DNA from: Holosporales bacterium
GTDB taxonomy: Bacteria; Pseudomonadota; Alphaproteobacteria; RUG11792
Assembly: GCA_031266135.1 (NCBI GenBank)
Contig: JAISBP010000007.1
Coordinates: 617 to 64,616, forward strand
Length of the DNA: 64,000 nt
Direction of reading: 5' to 3'
The notes below the pieces were generated by a model. The model was not told where the DNA came from. It did no database searches and was given only the letters and a program-made list of their open reading frames with translations. How positions within the stretch are numbered: position 1 is the first letter of the stretch; every line of letters starts with the position of its first letter. The translations under genes and the position numbers were made by a program. Positions 10,208 through 20,042 of this stretch are shown here, piece by piece.

Positions 10208-10825
10208 ATGTCATTTGGAGAAATTGATAAACTAGTAAGCTGTATTGGGCGTCTGCCTGGGATAGGCATAAGATCTGCCGTGAGAATAGTTGTGCATCTT
10301 CTTAGACGAAGAGATTCCGTCATGGTTTATCTAATCAGGTCGCTGACTAACGTATATGAAAAATCTAAAAAATGTGAAGTATGTGGCAATATAGACGTTA
10401 AATCTCCGTGTTTTGTATGTTCAGATCGTAAAAGAGATGACAATACGATATGTATTGTGTCCGATGTATCTGATCTATGGGCCATAGAGAGGGCCGGATT
10501 TTACAGAGGCAGATACCATGTTTTGGGCGGAAAACTTTCGGCATTCGATGGGATACGTCCAGAAGATGTAGATATAGATAAATTAAAAAGAAGAATTATA
10601 GGCCAAGTTTCAGGGTCTGGCGAAGTAAAAGGTATCAGCGAGGTAATAATAGCGATGAGCGCCGATCTCGATGGTCAAACAACTATGTTTTTTGTTAAGG
10701 ATAAAATCAAGGAATTGAGTGTGAAGGTTACGACCCTTTCTAACGGAGTTCCAATCGGAAGCGATATTGAGGGCCTAGATGATGGAACCATAATAGCAGC
10801 CTTTAAACAACGTCACGATATTTAA
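10208..10825 (+). CDS. recR: recombination protein RecR
   Basis: HhH motif LPGIGIRSAVRI, a C4 zinc finger (CEVCGN...CFVCSD) and a Toprim domain. Confidence 0.9.
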   Translation: MSFGEIDKLVSCIGRLPGIGIRSAVRIVVHLLRRRDSVMVYLIRSLTNVYEKSKKCEVCGNIDVKSPCFVCSDRKRDDNTICIVSDVSDLWAIERAGFYRGRYHVLGGKLSAFDGIRPEDVDIDKLKRRIIGQVSGSGEVKGISEVIIAMSADLDGQTTMFFVKDKIKELSVKVTTLSNGVPIGSDIEGLDDGTIIAAFKQRHDI

Positions 10826-10892
10826 ATATATTACGAATCTTTTCAGCTCCTTTGTGCGTTTAGTTAAAAAAGCCAAGCAATCCTAGTTACAT

Positions 10893-11038
10893 TAGACCTC
10901 TTTCGTAACTCTCCATAATCAGTCTTCTGCTGCGTCGATACGGTACTCGAATCCTCATGTACACCAAAGTACACTGCGGTTCTGCGTGCCGTCTCTCCTT
11001 CCATAAGAACTGATTCTGGAGGTTTTGAAAGAGGTCTA
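10893..11038 (+). repeat. RPE-like palindromic element, full copy (146 bp, forward orientation)
   Basis: Runs from TAGACCTCTTTCGTAACTCTCCATAATCAG to CTGATTCTGGAGGTTTTGAAAGAGGTCTA. The arms are reverse complements. It lies between convergent recR and a YiiX-like gene. Confidence 0.9.
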
Positions 11039-11093
11039 TTAAATTACCTGGCTTTTTAATTGGCATTATGAGAATACTGAAATGTCTTTTATA

Positions 11094-11996
11094 TTACAAT
11101 ATGAGACAACACCCGTGTTCTGTATCATCATCGTCAAAACTAAACTTCTGTATCAAGGTGATTTCTGCGCCAGCTTTATCTTGAAGAATATCAAAAGCAC
11201 AAGCCCAAGATCCAAGCATTTCCGGAATAACATTGCTTACATTTTCAATATTTATTCCAACAACTTGTCTACAGAATAATGCTACTAACTCACTACAAAA
11301 TACTCTTCTAGTATCTTCTTCTTTATTTGCTTCTAAAGTCGATCTTAGAAGCTCTGTAAAAGTTGCAAATCCTTCATAGGGGCGCGCTAAATTCTCTTTT
11401 GCAAAGTTAATTACTCCATCATGTGGCACTGGCACTCTCAGTTGCCTAACATAAACATTACCAGGATAATTTTCGATAACCAATTCTAGAGGTGTGAGCT
11501 GGACATGTGGAGGAATTCCTCGAAAAACCTGCCCCGGAGTTCCTGTTGCCTCCAAACAAAATGGAATCAGTGTATCAGGATCGTATCCTTGCAATGATTC
11601 ACGCATTAGCATTAAGGCTTCTGGTTGTGGCACGTAGTCTAGCCTTGACTCTGCAAGATTGTTGAAAGAATTCAGAACTTCTGTGACTTCTGTCGGAGTC
11701 GCGACGACGACCATTCCAGAATGGGATAATCTCAGGGGATTTGGAATGTCATTTAGGTTTGATGCTAGCCTTATGACGCCACCCTGCAGCCCCGATGCTG
11801 CAAAATTAAGAATGTCTCCGTCTCTGATCCGTTCGTGTCGTTGGGCGCTCCCCGTGGGTCCTTGATCGTTAAATATAAGATGCGGTGTTGGCGTTTCGGA
11901 TATTGGGTAATCCACGAACTGACCGGCATTCGCTTGATGGTAAAATATTGCTAGTGTTAAAAGTGTTTTAGTTAAATAATGCATAATATACCTCAA
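11094..11996 (-). CDS. secreted YiiX/C92-like permuted papain-fold protein (paralogue 1)
   Basis: Signal peptide. GDILNF, then the His motif LSHSGMVVV, then the Cys motif FCSELVALFC; this His-before-Cys order is typical of permuted NlpC/P60-YiiX enzymes. It shares the FCSELVALFC motif with the ORF at 57002-58063. Confidence 0.6.
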   Translation of the reverse strand: MRYIMHYLTKTLLTLAIFYHQANAGQFVDYPISETPTPHLIFNDQGPTGSAQRHERIRDGDILNFAASGLQGGVIRLASNLNDIPNPLRLSHSGMVVVATPTEVTEVLNSFNNLAESRLDYVPQPEALMLMRESLQGYDPDTLIPFCLEATGTPGQVFRGIPPHVQLTPLELVIENYPGNVYVRQLRVPVPHDGVINFAKENLARPYEGFATFTELLRSTLEANKEEDTRRVFCSELVALFCRQVVGINIENVSNVIPEMLGSWACAFDILQDKAGAEITLIQKFSFDDDDTEHGCCLIL

Positions 11997-12244
11997 TGTA
12001 TTTAATCATTCTTTATTATTAATGTATATGTTAATAATGAATAAATAATTAATAACAGACGTTTTATTTTATTATATTAATAAAAAAATATAATAATCGA
12101 GCTTACTTAACTATATTTAAAATATTTGGATCTGCGATACTTCATCAAGATTAGAGCCCTGTGGCAATGAATAATCTACGTAAATTTCGTGTTTTAAGCT
12201 ATAATTCTGGAATATAAATTTTGATAATTTCCGAGAAGAATTAG

Positions 12245-13480
12245 ATGATCGAGCGATTTATCGCTAGAAGATATTTAACGGCTAGGGAAGGGGCTGGATT
12301 TGCATATATCGTTACTTGGTTTTCTTTTGTCGGGATCGCCTTGGGAGTAGCGACCCTCATCATCGTGACGTCCGTGATGAACGGTTTTAGGGCTGAGCTA
12401 CTCGATAAAATAGTCGGGATGAAGGGGCACGTCATCGCCATGAGTTCCAAATCGATCGGAATAATCAATCATAAAAGTATCGTTAAAAAGATAAAAGAAT
12501 CCGATGCTAATGTCTTAAATGTTGTTCCGCAAATTGAGCAACAGGCTGTATTGATGACGAATGGAAGCGCCAGAGGAATAATGGTCCACGGTATCTCTGA
12601 AAATACGTTGAGATCAAAGAAGCTAATCGCCGACAACATAAAGTATGGCTCTCTGCGAGGATTCCACGGACAACGTATCTTAATCGGTAAACGATTATCT
12701 GAATCGATTCATGCCATCACTGGTGACAAGATCAAGTTGTATATTCCAGATGGAGTAATAACTCCCTTCGGCAATCTCCCTAAAGAGGAGGTATTCGAGG
12801 TGGCTGGAGTTTTCGAAGTCGGTATGAATGAATATGATAAGAATATCGTGATGATACCACTTGAAGAGGCGCAATCTTTCTTTAATCTACCCAATATGAT
12901 CAATCAAATAGAGGTATTTGTAAGGGATACAGACGCTGCAACGCAGATAGCAACCTGCATCTCACGTGTCCTTGGATCAGATTTTTTGGTCCTAGATTGG
13001 AGGCATTCAGATGCCAGTATATTCCACGCCGTCGTCGTTGAGAAGAATGTGATGACCTTAATTTTGAGTATTATCATTCTGGTCGCGATCTTTAACATCA
13101 TATCTGGATTAACGATGCTGACCAGTAGCAAGACGAAGGATATAGCTGTCTTAAGGACTATGGGGATAACGAAGAACTCAGTCCTCCGAATATTTTTCTA
13201 TATTGGATCAGCGATTGGTATTGTGGGAACCGCCACGGGATTGACTCTAGGTCTATTGGTATCACTCAATATTGATCGCATCAAATCATTTTTGGAGAGC
13301 CTTTCTGGGAGTTCGTTATTCAGTGAAGAGATTTATTACCTTTCTCAAATACCATCCAAAATTAATTGGATAGAGGTGGGCTGTATCGTAGCATCCTCGC
13401 TGATCCTGTGCTTCTTAGCAACGATATATCCATCCCATAGAGCAGCGAAGCTAGATCCAGTAGATGCACTGAGAATTTGA
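12245..13480 (+). CDS. lipoprotein-releasing system permease, LolC/LolE family (FtsX-like)
   Basis: 411 aa with the N-terminus MIERFIARRYL typical of LolC/E. It has a large periplasmic MacB-like domain and a C-terminal FtsX domain ending DPVDALR. Confidence 0.85.
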   Translation: MIERFIARRYLTAREGAGFAYIVTWFSFVGIALGVATLIIVTSVMNGFRAELLDKIVGMKGHVIAMSSKSIGIINHKSIVKKIKESDANVLNVVPQIEQQAVLMTNGSARGIMVHGISENTLRSKKLIADNIKYGSLRGFHGQRILIGKRLSESIHAITGDKIKLYIPDGVITPFGNLPKEEVFEVAGVFEVGMNEYDKNIVMIPLEEAQSFFNLPNMINQIEVFVRDTDAATQIATCISRVLGSDFLVLDWRHSDASIFHAVVVEKNVMTLILSIIILVAIFNIISGLTMLTSSKTKDIAVLRTMGITKNSVLRIFFYIGSAIGIVGTATGLTLGLLVSLNIDRIKSFLESLSGSSLFSEEIYYLSQIPSKINWIEVGCIVASSLILCFLATIYPSHRAAKLDPVDALRI

Positions 13481-13680
13481 GGAATCATGAGAAGCTCTGT
13501 AAGTGTATTTTAATTGTTTGCAAAAATGCAGCACAAAGTTTCTATGGTCTTTAACCTATCTAGAATCAATCCGCCTGATTCTGGAGGTTTTGCGTGGCGG
13601 TTGCCGTTCTTTAAATAACCATATCTTTTAATACAGTCAAGTGTATAATCTCTGGTGTCGGGAATTCCGGGAGCCATGTT

Positions 13681-14124
13681 ATGAAGCAAGTTGCGAGTGC
13701 AATGCGTATAGTTATTGGATCATATAACTCGGTCGTTAGATTCAATATATTGCTCAGGAAATCGTGGAATTCTATCGCTGGAGAGCCGTTAGACGCTGTT
13801 TCAGCATTCGTTGAGGCTAAGTTTGTGGGCGTAGCCCAGATTCATGTGATAGTCGATATACTGAGTGCCGCAGCCATTATGATGAAGCATAAGGAGCCGG
13901 AGATTATAGCTTCCATCATGAGATTGACGGGGGTTACGGATGTGCATATTATCTGCAGGCATCGATGCGAGTTACGCAGCCATTTGTCGACAGAATATGC
14001 AGTATCCCAGAATATATCTGCCCAAACATCCAAAGAGCCCCGGAAAATTAGAAAGCAATTTCACAATGAGAAACTAAAATACGCATTAGAAATATTACAA
14101 ACAGAACTACTATCCGCAGCGTAA
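13681..14124 (+). CDS. DUF721 / DciA-like protein
   Basis: 147 aa. The segment W-SIAGEPLDAVSAFVEAKF..IHVIVDILSAAAIMMKHKEPEIIASIMRLTG resembles the DUF721 core. Confidence 0.45.
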   Translation: MKQVASAMRIVIGSYNSVVRFNILLRKSWNSIAGEPLDAVSAFVEAKFVGVAQIHVIVDILSAAAIMMKHKEPEIIASIMRLTGVTDVHIICRHRCELRSHLSTEYAVSQNISAQTSKEPRKIRKQFHNEKLKYALEILQTELLSAA

Positions 14125-14178
14125 GCAAAGCATAACCTTCACATTTCCTTCCAATAATGCTGATATAGCTTAAAGGAT

Positions 14179-14898
14179 TTATATCCTGAACTCATTTCCT
14201 AAGTAAGTCTGCCTTGCTATATCGTTTTGAAGGATAGCATCAGACGTTCCTTTGACCAGGATCTTGCCATTAGCGATGATGTATCCTCTATCAAGAGTTC
14301 TTAGAGTTTCCCTTACATTGTGATCAGTAATGATGATCCCGATTCCGGCTTCTTTTAATCGTTTGATAATATCTATGATTTCTGATATCGAAATTGGATC
14401 GATTCCGGAGAATGGTTCATCCAACATCAGGAATTTGGGAAATGTAGCGAGGGTTCTTGCTATCTCTACCTTCCGGCGCTCTCCACCGGATAATACTGGA
14501 GCATTGGCCTTTCGTAGATGAGAAATAGAAAATGCATCAAGTAATCTCTCGAGGTGCATCACTATTTCATCATTCGACCGCAAGTTCAGCTGTAGAATGG
14601 CCCGTATATTATCTTCAACCGATAGACCACGAAAAATTGACGAATCCTGAGGAAGGTATACGATACCTTCCCTAGCTCTCTGGAACACCTTCAGCTTCAA
14701 GATATCCTTTCCATCTATCGTGATTTGCCCTGTATCTGGATATGTGATCCCGGTCAATATGGAGAATAAAGTCGTTTTCCCGGCCCCGTTAGGACCTAGA
14801 ATACCAACGATCTCTCCCTGCTTAAATAATACGTCGACACCGTTCAGCACCATCCTTTCCTTAAACGATTTAGTAATTTTATTGGCCTCAAATATCAT
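14179..14898 (-). CDS. lptB: LPS export ABC transporter ATP-binding protein LptB
   Basis: Walker A GPNGAGKTT, signature LSGGERRKVEIAR and Walker B FLMLDEPF. It overlaps lptA by 4 nt. Confidence 0.9.
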   Translation of the reverse strand: MIFEANKITKSFKERMVLNGVDVLFKQGEIVGILGPNGAGKTTLFSILTGITYPDTGQITIDGKDILKLKVFQRAREGIVYLPQDSSIFRGLSVEDNIRAILQLNLRSNDEIVMHLERLLDAFSISHLRKANAPVLSGGERRKVEIARTLATFPKFLMLDEPFSGIDPISISEIIDIIKRLKEAGIGIIITDHNVRETLRTLDRGYIIANGKILVKGTSDAILQNDIARQTYLGNEFRI

Positions 14899-15383
14899 CG
14901 TGCTTTCTTTTTGGATTTATATGCTGTATCCGAAATAACTAAATTAACCTTTTCTCCGGCGCCAATATCTATCTGTTTCGTAGTCATATTATATTTCGCG
15001 GTGTTGGCCTTTACTTTGCATAATTTATTCGTAATTACAACCTGCCCCTTAAAGACAACGAATTTCATGTCGCATTCACAACTATCTGATTCAATTGTTA
15101 ATTCTCCGTTACGGTATACGATCTTTCCTATCGCCGTAATTTTCCTCGGTTTTTTGGCCTCATTCAAAACTACTGTAATTTTCTTGGCCAATAATGATAC
15201 GCCCTTGTACTTGACTGACGCATTCTCAGAGAATACAATGAATTTACTATCGGAACCAACCGATATATTTCCAGCTGAAGCCACAATAGACGCATTAATA
15301 ACAGGAGCACAAGCCAAGGAAATAAACGTCAATAACGAACCAAACCAAAGATTCAAGGGCAACCTAAGGTAAAGAGGGATCAT
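14895..15383 (-). CDS. lptA: LPS transport periplasmic protein LptA (OstA-like)
   Basis: 162 aa with a signal peptide and a beta-jellyroll-like repetitive sequence. It lies immediately upstream of lptB. Confidence 0.7.
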   Translation of the reverse strand: MIPLYLRLPLNLWFGSLLTFISLACAPVINASIVASAGNISVGSDSKFIVFSENASVKYKGVSLLAKKITVVLNEAKKPRKITAIGKIVYRNGELTIESDSCECDMKFVVFKGQVVITNKLCKVKANTAKYNMTTKQIDIGAGEKVNLVISDTAYKSKKKAR

Positions 15384-15556
15384 AGGAGATTATAGTAATA
15401 ATGGCATATCAACACAAGCATCTCATAGAGATCAGACCCATTCTCAGAGTTCTTCATGGGGTAGCCCAGGGTTTCTCGCATCCCTTTAATTGTAAAGCGT
15501 TTGATAGGCGTGTTATAATACCAATGTCTATTCCATCTGATTTATTATAATTTATC

Positions 15557-17029
15557 ATGGCCGATAGAAAGCATGCCCTTCCCGTTAGCAGGAAAGAAGA
15601 TTTCTCAGCCTGGTACCAGGCCGTTACTGCTGGGGCGGATCTCGCTGAAAATGCTTGTGTACGAGGGTGCATGGTCATCAAGCCATATGGTTTCGCGATC
15701 TGGGAGAGGATGCAGGCCATTATGGATGCTAAATTTAAAGAACTTGGCCACTGTAACTGTTACTTCCCATTGCTAATTCCAGTGGATCTCTTTGAACGAG
15801 AAGCGGATCACGTCGCCGGTTTCGCGAAGGAAATGGCGATCGTAACTCACCACAGACTCGAACAAAGAGACGGGAAATTAATACCGGCATCTCCACTTGA
15901 GACTCCCCTTGCCATTCGGCCCACCTCTGAGTTGATCATCGGTGAATCAATGTCGAGGTGGATTAAGTCATATCGCGATCTTCCGGTCCTGATTAATCAA
16001 TGGTGCAATGTAATGAGATGGGAAATGAGAACCAGGCTGTTCTTAAGGACATCCGAGTTTCTGTGGCAGGAAGGACATACGGCGCATGAAACCGAGGAAG
16101 AGGCCAGGAAAGAAGCCAGAACCATGCACGACGTATACTATTGGTTTGTTCATGATATCCTGAAGATCTCATGTATTCCGGGGAAAAAGCCTGATCATGA
16201 TAGATTCGCTGGAGCAGTTGATACGTTCTCGATAGAAGCCATGATGCAAGATGGAAAAGCTTTGCAGGCGGCGACTAGTCATTACCTAGGGCAAAACTTT
16301 GCGAGAGCCATGAATATCCAATTTCAAGGCCGAGATGATAAATTACATTTGGCTCATACGACGTCGTGGGGATCAACTACGCGACTCATCGGTGGCTTAA
16401 TCATGGTACACTCCGATGATGACGGCCTAAATCTGCCGAGTGAAGTAGCTCCATACCACGTCGTTATTATTCCGCTTTTGAAGGGATCTGATCGTGATGA
16501 CGACATAGTTTCTTTCTGCCATAGTATCAAGAGAGCCATCGAAAAATCTGCGAGGGTATTTATCGATCTCAAAGAGGCGGAGGCGCAGAATAAGAAATGG
16601 GATTATGTGAGGAAAGGCGTGCCACTAATCTGCGAGATCGGTCTTAGAGAGCTAGAAGATCAATCTGTGAGTATCATAAAGCGTGCCAGTAATTTGGAGA
16701 AGCTCCGAATACCATTGAATAAGTTTGAAGAGCAAATAGAGGATATGCTAATAGAACACGATAAAATACTTCAGCAAAAAAATGAAGAATATTTCAGAGA
16801 GAATACTAGGGACGATATTAAAACATATTCGGAACTTAAAGAATTATTTGAAACTGAAAATAAATTCGTCATAGCAAAATGGTCTGGATCACAGGAGAAT
16901 GTAAATCTTCTTGACGAGATAGGAATTACCATTAGGTGTATACCACGCCAACAAAGTAATGCAAAAGGAAAATGCATCCTCACGAACGAGGATGCAGATA
17001 TGGATGTAATCCTCGCAAAGAGTTATTAG
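15557..17029 (+). CDS. proS: prolyl-tRNA synthetase (short type without the editing insertion)
   Basis: 490 aa with the N-terminus FSAWYQAVTAGADL..RGCMVIKPYGFAIWE and class II motifs. Confidence 0.9.
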   Translation: MADRKHALPVSRKEDFSAWYQAVTAGADLAENACVRGCMVIKPYGFAIWERMQAIMDAKFKELGHCNCYFPLLIPVDLFEREADHVAGFAKEMAIVTHHRLEQRDGKLIPASPLETPLAIRPTSELIIGESMSRWIKSYRDLPVLINQWCNVMRWEMRTRLFLRTSEFLWQEGHTAHETEEEARKEARTMHDVYYWFVHDILKISCIPGKKPDHDRFAGAVDTFSIEAMMQDGKALQAATSHYLGQNFARAMNIQFQGRDDKLHLAHTTSWGSTTRLIGGLIMVHSDDDGLNLPSEVAPYHVVIIPLLKGSDRDDDIVSFCHSIKRAIEKSARVFIDLKEAEAQNKKWDYVRKGVPLICEIGLRELEDQSVSIIKRASNLEKLRIPLNKFEEQIEDMLIEHDKILQQKNEEYFRENTRDDIKTYSELKELFETENKFVIAKWSGSQENVNLLDEIGITIRCIPRQQSNAKGKCILTNEDADMDVILAKSY

Positions 17030-17041
17030 TTGTTCAGCTTT

Positions 17042-17142
17042 GTTAACTCAGATACTTTATAATCAGCTTCTTGATACGTCAATCCGGTGCTCGAATACCT
17101 CCTTCCATAAGATCTGATTCTGGAGGTTTTGAAAGGAATCCT
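17042..17142 (+). repeat. RPE-like element with the central part deleted
   Basis: GTTAACTCAGATACTTTATAATCAGCTTCTTG ... CCTTCCATAAGATCTGATTCTGGAGGTTTTGAAAGG. An opposed fragment lies at about 17395-17445. Confidence 0.75.
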
Positions 17143-17515
17143 TTAAGAATGTGTTAATTTACAAAAAATATTTTTTTGTTAAAAAAGTGAAAGTTTCTTG
17201 GAGGAGATAGATTTTGTTATTACGTGGTATTTCGATGTAATACAATATTCGGTAAAATCACAGCTTTGCTAAGTCTGTACAAACACTGGCCAGTACAAAT
17301 CTATCTATTTTTAAAAACTCTCAAAAAAGTATAAGGTGCTGAATATACTTCTCTTTCTATCCAACTTAGTGTGAGGTGTATCCATTGAACCTCGTCCAAA
17401 GCTCAAGAATCAGATCTTAAGGAAGGAAAGACGTAACGGAATCCAGTGATGCAATTAAGTGTCCCACCCCAACTAAATTAATGGCGGAGATCCATGATTA
17501 AGAATAGAGTGAGCA

Positions 17516-18154
17516 CTATTCCTGCGGGAGGGATACCCCCCTATTGTTAGCAATGACCAGAGCAAGCTTTAGTGCGAACACGCAACAATTCTCGGTCGCA
17601 CCGCAACTATCTTCACTCATCCTAACCTCTTGAAGCATTTTGAATAATGGGCCTCGATCTGTACCATATGCAGCGGCGAGACACTTCTTCGCATAATCTA
17701 TCCTCCCTTGATCGGCAGGCGGATTATCCCCTGGATGCTCCAATACCATATTCATGTATGCTGGCCAGACTCCAACTTTCCTATATATGCCACTTTCAGC
17801 AACAATTTTGCTAACCTTATTTTCAAGCTCTTTAGGATCTGACTCTCTCCAGTATGGGTCCTCACTTAATCTCTGTAGCAGGCTACAAACATCTTCGACA
17901 AGGAGAGGAGTCTTGGGAAATTTTTTCATACCGGTATCTCTACCTATTCTAATTCCTATGCCTATTGCATTTCCCTGTTCTAATGGAAAGGCATAGAAAG
18001 CAGTTTTCTCTTTTGCCCAGGACATCACTAGAACTGTCAGGTCTTTTTCGGGGCCCTTATTGTATTGTATATTATACTCTGTAGATATCGCGTTATCGCA
18101 AGCCATTACCTGCATGAACAGCACAACAGCAGAATACTTGATAAATCTATTCAT
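17516..18154 (-). CDS. hypothetical lipoprotein or secreted protein (orphan)
   Basis: 212 aa with the N-terminus MNRFIKYSAVVLFMQVMAC (lipobox-like). No domain recognised. Confidence 0.5.
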   Translation of the reverse strand: MNRFIKYSAVVLFMQVMACDNAISTEYNIQYNKGPEKDLTVLVMSWAKEKTAFYAFPLEQGNAIGIGIRIGRDTGMKKFPKTPLLVEDVCSLLQRLSEDPYWRESDPKELENKVSKIVAESGIYRKVGVWPAYMNMVLEHPGDNPPADQGRIDYAKKCLAAAYGTDRGPLFKMLQEVRMSEDSCGATENCCVFALKLALVIANNRGVSLPQE

Positions 18155-18327
18155 ATCCTTTCTCTGTAAATATAAGTCGATTACCCACCATCAGAACCAT
18201 GCTACTGTCAAGGATGCGTATCAGTCAAACACTTTTTGAGGGCCTTATCCACAACACAGAATATTTTTTTGAAATTTCGTTACAATTTGTTACAATGTCG
18301 GAGATATTTTATGAGTCAATTCTCGTT

Positions 18328-20003
18328 GTGCATTGGTACCATCTGTAAGCCCCCCTGAGGCTTACGCCGGGCGTTTTTGGAGCGAACCATTTTGAAGTCT
18401 GACAATAACGGATAGGAGCTAGATAATAGGCTGTTAGAGTTGCATAAGGGGAAGTTAGCAAGGAATACGTAATCCCGAAATCCAAACGTAGCAACATAAA
18501 CAGTAGATTTAGTATTGTCGTTCAAAAGGTACCTTAGTGGACAGTGAATAGTAATCGTGGAATATCGTGATATAGTATTCTGTTTTTTGGATTGGTAATC
18601 GTGTTTTTCTTTTTGCAGAAAAAACGAATTTCAGGAAACCTAGGTGAGTTACGCATTTGACGTATTCAATTGTCGATATTTCTCACGATGAGGAGCAATC
18701 TATAGAAGAGCCGGCTTACCAATCCAAGCCACCAGATAATCTCATATCAACATCATTTCTGATGGAACTCATTTGCGAAAGAGACAATCTCAACTTAGCC
18801 TACAAAAGAGTATATCAAAATAAGGGGATCGCTGGTTTCGATAAGATTACCGTATCGCAATTACCGGAATGGATCAAGAAGAACAAAGAAGAGTTTATAG
18901 GATCATTATTGGATGGAACGTATAGGCCGCGTCCAGTAAAAGGAATTTATATATCCAAACCAAAGGGGCGTGGAGCACGTTGTATCGGAGTTTTGAGCGT
19001 CATCGATAGACTCGTGCAAAATGCTATCTTTCAGATCATTAGTGATTCAATAGATAGCACGTTCAGTGACAACAGCTACGGGTTCAGGAAAAACAGGGGC
19101 GCCTTGAATGCCATCCAACAAACCAGGAAATACATTCTAGATGGATATAAATATGTCGCCGATATAGATATCGAAAAGTTCTTTGATAATATTCATCATG
19201 ATAAGGTGATGTATAAGCTATCCATGTTCGTGCGGGATAAAAGGGTCCTGGCGATCGTACGGAGATTCCTGCAGGCGGGTATGTGGAGGTATGATCTCTA
19301 CATAGAAAAAGAAAAGGGAATATATCAGGGTGGCTCGTTATCGCCACTTTTATCGAATCTATTGCTACACGATATCGACGTTTTACTCGAGAAACGGGGG
19401 CATGTGTTCTGTAGATACGCCGATGATATCAAGATATTTACACGGAGTCTCAAGGCCGCGGAACGAGTCCTACTTTCCACCAGTAAATATTTATCACGTA
19501 ATTTAAGGCTTAAATGTAATGAGAAGAAGACGAAGGCATGTCCAGTGCAATTTTCGGAATTCTTGGGTTATAAAATGGATGATAATGCTCTACTGACTGC
19601 GACGCAGGAGAATATTGATCACCTGAAATATAAGGTCAAAAAATTGACTAAAAGATCACGATTTATAGATGTGAAAGTCATGATAATGGAACTGAATCAG
19701 GTTATAGTTGGATGGACTTCATACTTTCGCTTTGATTACCGCCAGGAAACGTATAGAGAAATCGATACGTTATTGAGACGCCGGATCCGGGCCAACATCT
19801 TCCGGCGAGCCATCGTCCTCAGATCAAAGGGGTTGGCATGGATACGATCCATCGGTTGCCGGAACTGCAATATCGATTTCGCAAAGACGCTGTGGAGCTA
19901 TAATCTCTCAATAGGTCGCGCCAATTACGTCATTCCAAATAGTTGGTTTTTATCTAACAATCTTCGATCAGTTTTACAGTGTAAAGAAAAGTATAGGCAG
20001 TCT
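18328..20003 (+). mobile_element. group II intron remnant (5' RNA domains plus the IEP ORF; no domain V/VI found)
   Basis: A GTGCA motif at 18328 is a possible 5' end, with structured-looking sequence before the ORF. The ORF tail runs straight into an RPE copy. Both boundaries are approximate. Confidence 0.5.
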
Positions 20004-20042
20004 GAGATTATATTTGGTAGCTCTGAACAATCATCTTCTTAA
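18657..20042 (+). CDS. group II intron-encoded reverse transcriptase/maturase (no endonuclease domain)
   Basis: RT motifs ISKPKGRGARCIGVLSVIDRLVQNAI, SYGFRKNRGALNAI and FCRYADDIKIF, plus an X/thumb domain GWTSYFRF. The likely real start is the Met at 18762. The last roughly 13 codons are RPE-derived. Confidence 0.8.
   Translation: MTYSIVDISHDEEQSIEEPAYQSKPPDNLISTSFLMELICERDNLNLAYKRVYQNKGIAGFDKITVSQLPEWIKKNKEEFIGSLLDGTYRPRPVKGIYISKPKGRGARCIGVLSVIDRLVQNAIFQIISDSIDSTFSDNSYGFRKNRGALNAIQQTRKYILDGYKYVADIDIEKFFDNIHHDKVMYKLSMFVRDKRVLAIVRRFLQAGMWRYDLYIEKEKGIYQGGSLSPLLSNLLLHDIDVLLEKRGHVFCRYADDIKIFTRSLKAAERVLLSTSKYLSRNLRLKCNEKKTKACPVQFSEFLGYKMDDNALLTATQENIDHLKYKVKKLTKRSRFIDVKVMIMELNQVIVGWTSYFRFDYRQETYREIDTLLRRRIRANIFRRAIVLRSKGLAWIRSIGCRNCNIDFAKTLWSYNLSIGRANYVIPNSWFLSNNLRSVLQCKEKYRQSEIIFGSSEQSSS

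Noticed and set aside
11997-12244. Extremely AT-rich 250-bp spacer as a possible replication origin
   Set aside because: I could not find DnaA-box-like (TTATCCACA) or well-spaced TTAA-N7-TTAA CtrA-type motifs. It is more simply a divergent promoter region between the yiiX-like gene and lolC/E.
18657-20042. The reverse transcriptase as a retron, DGR or defence-associated RT
   Set aside because: The motif order, the X/maturase domain (GWTSYFRF, a basic C-terminus) and the length fit a group II intron IEP. I saw no msr/msd-like inverted repeats, no template/variable repeat pair, and no adjacent effector gene.
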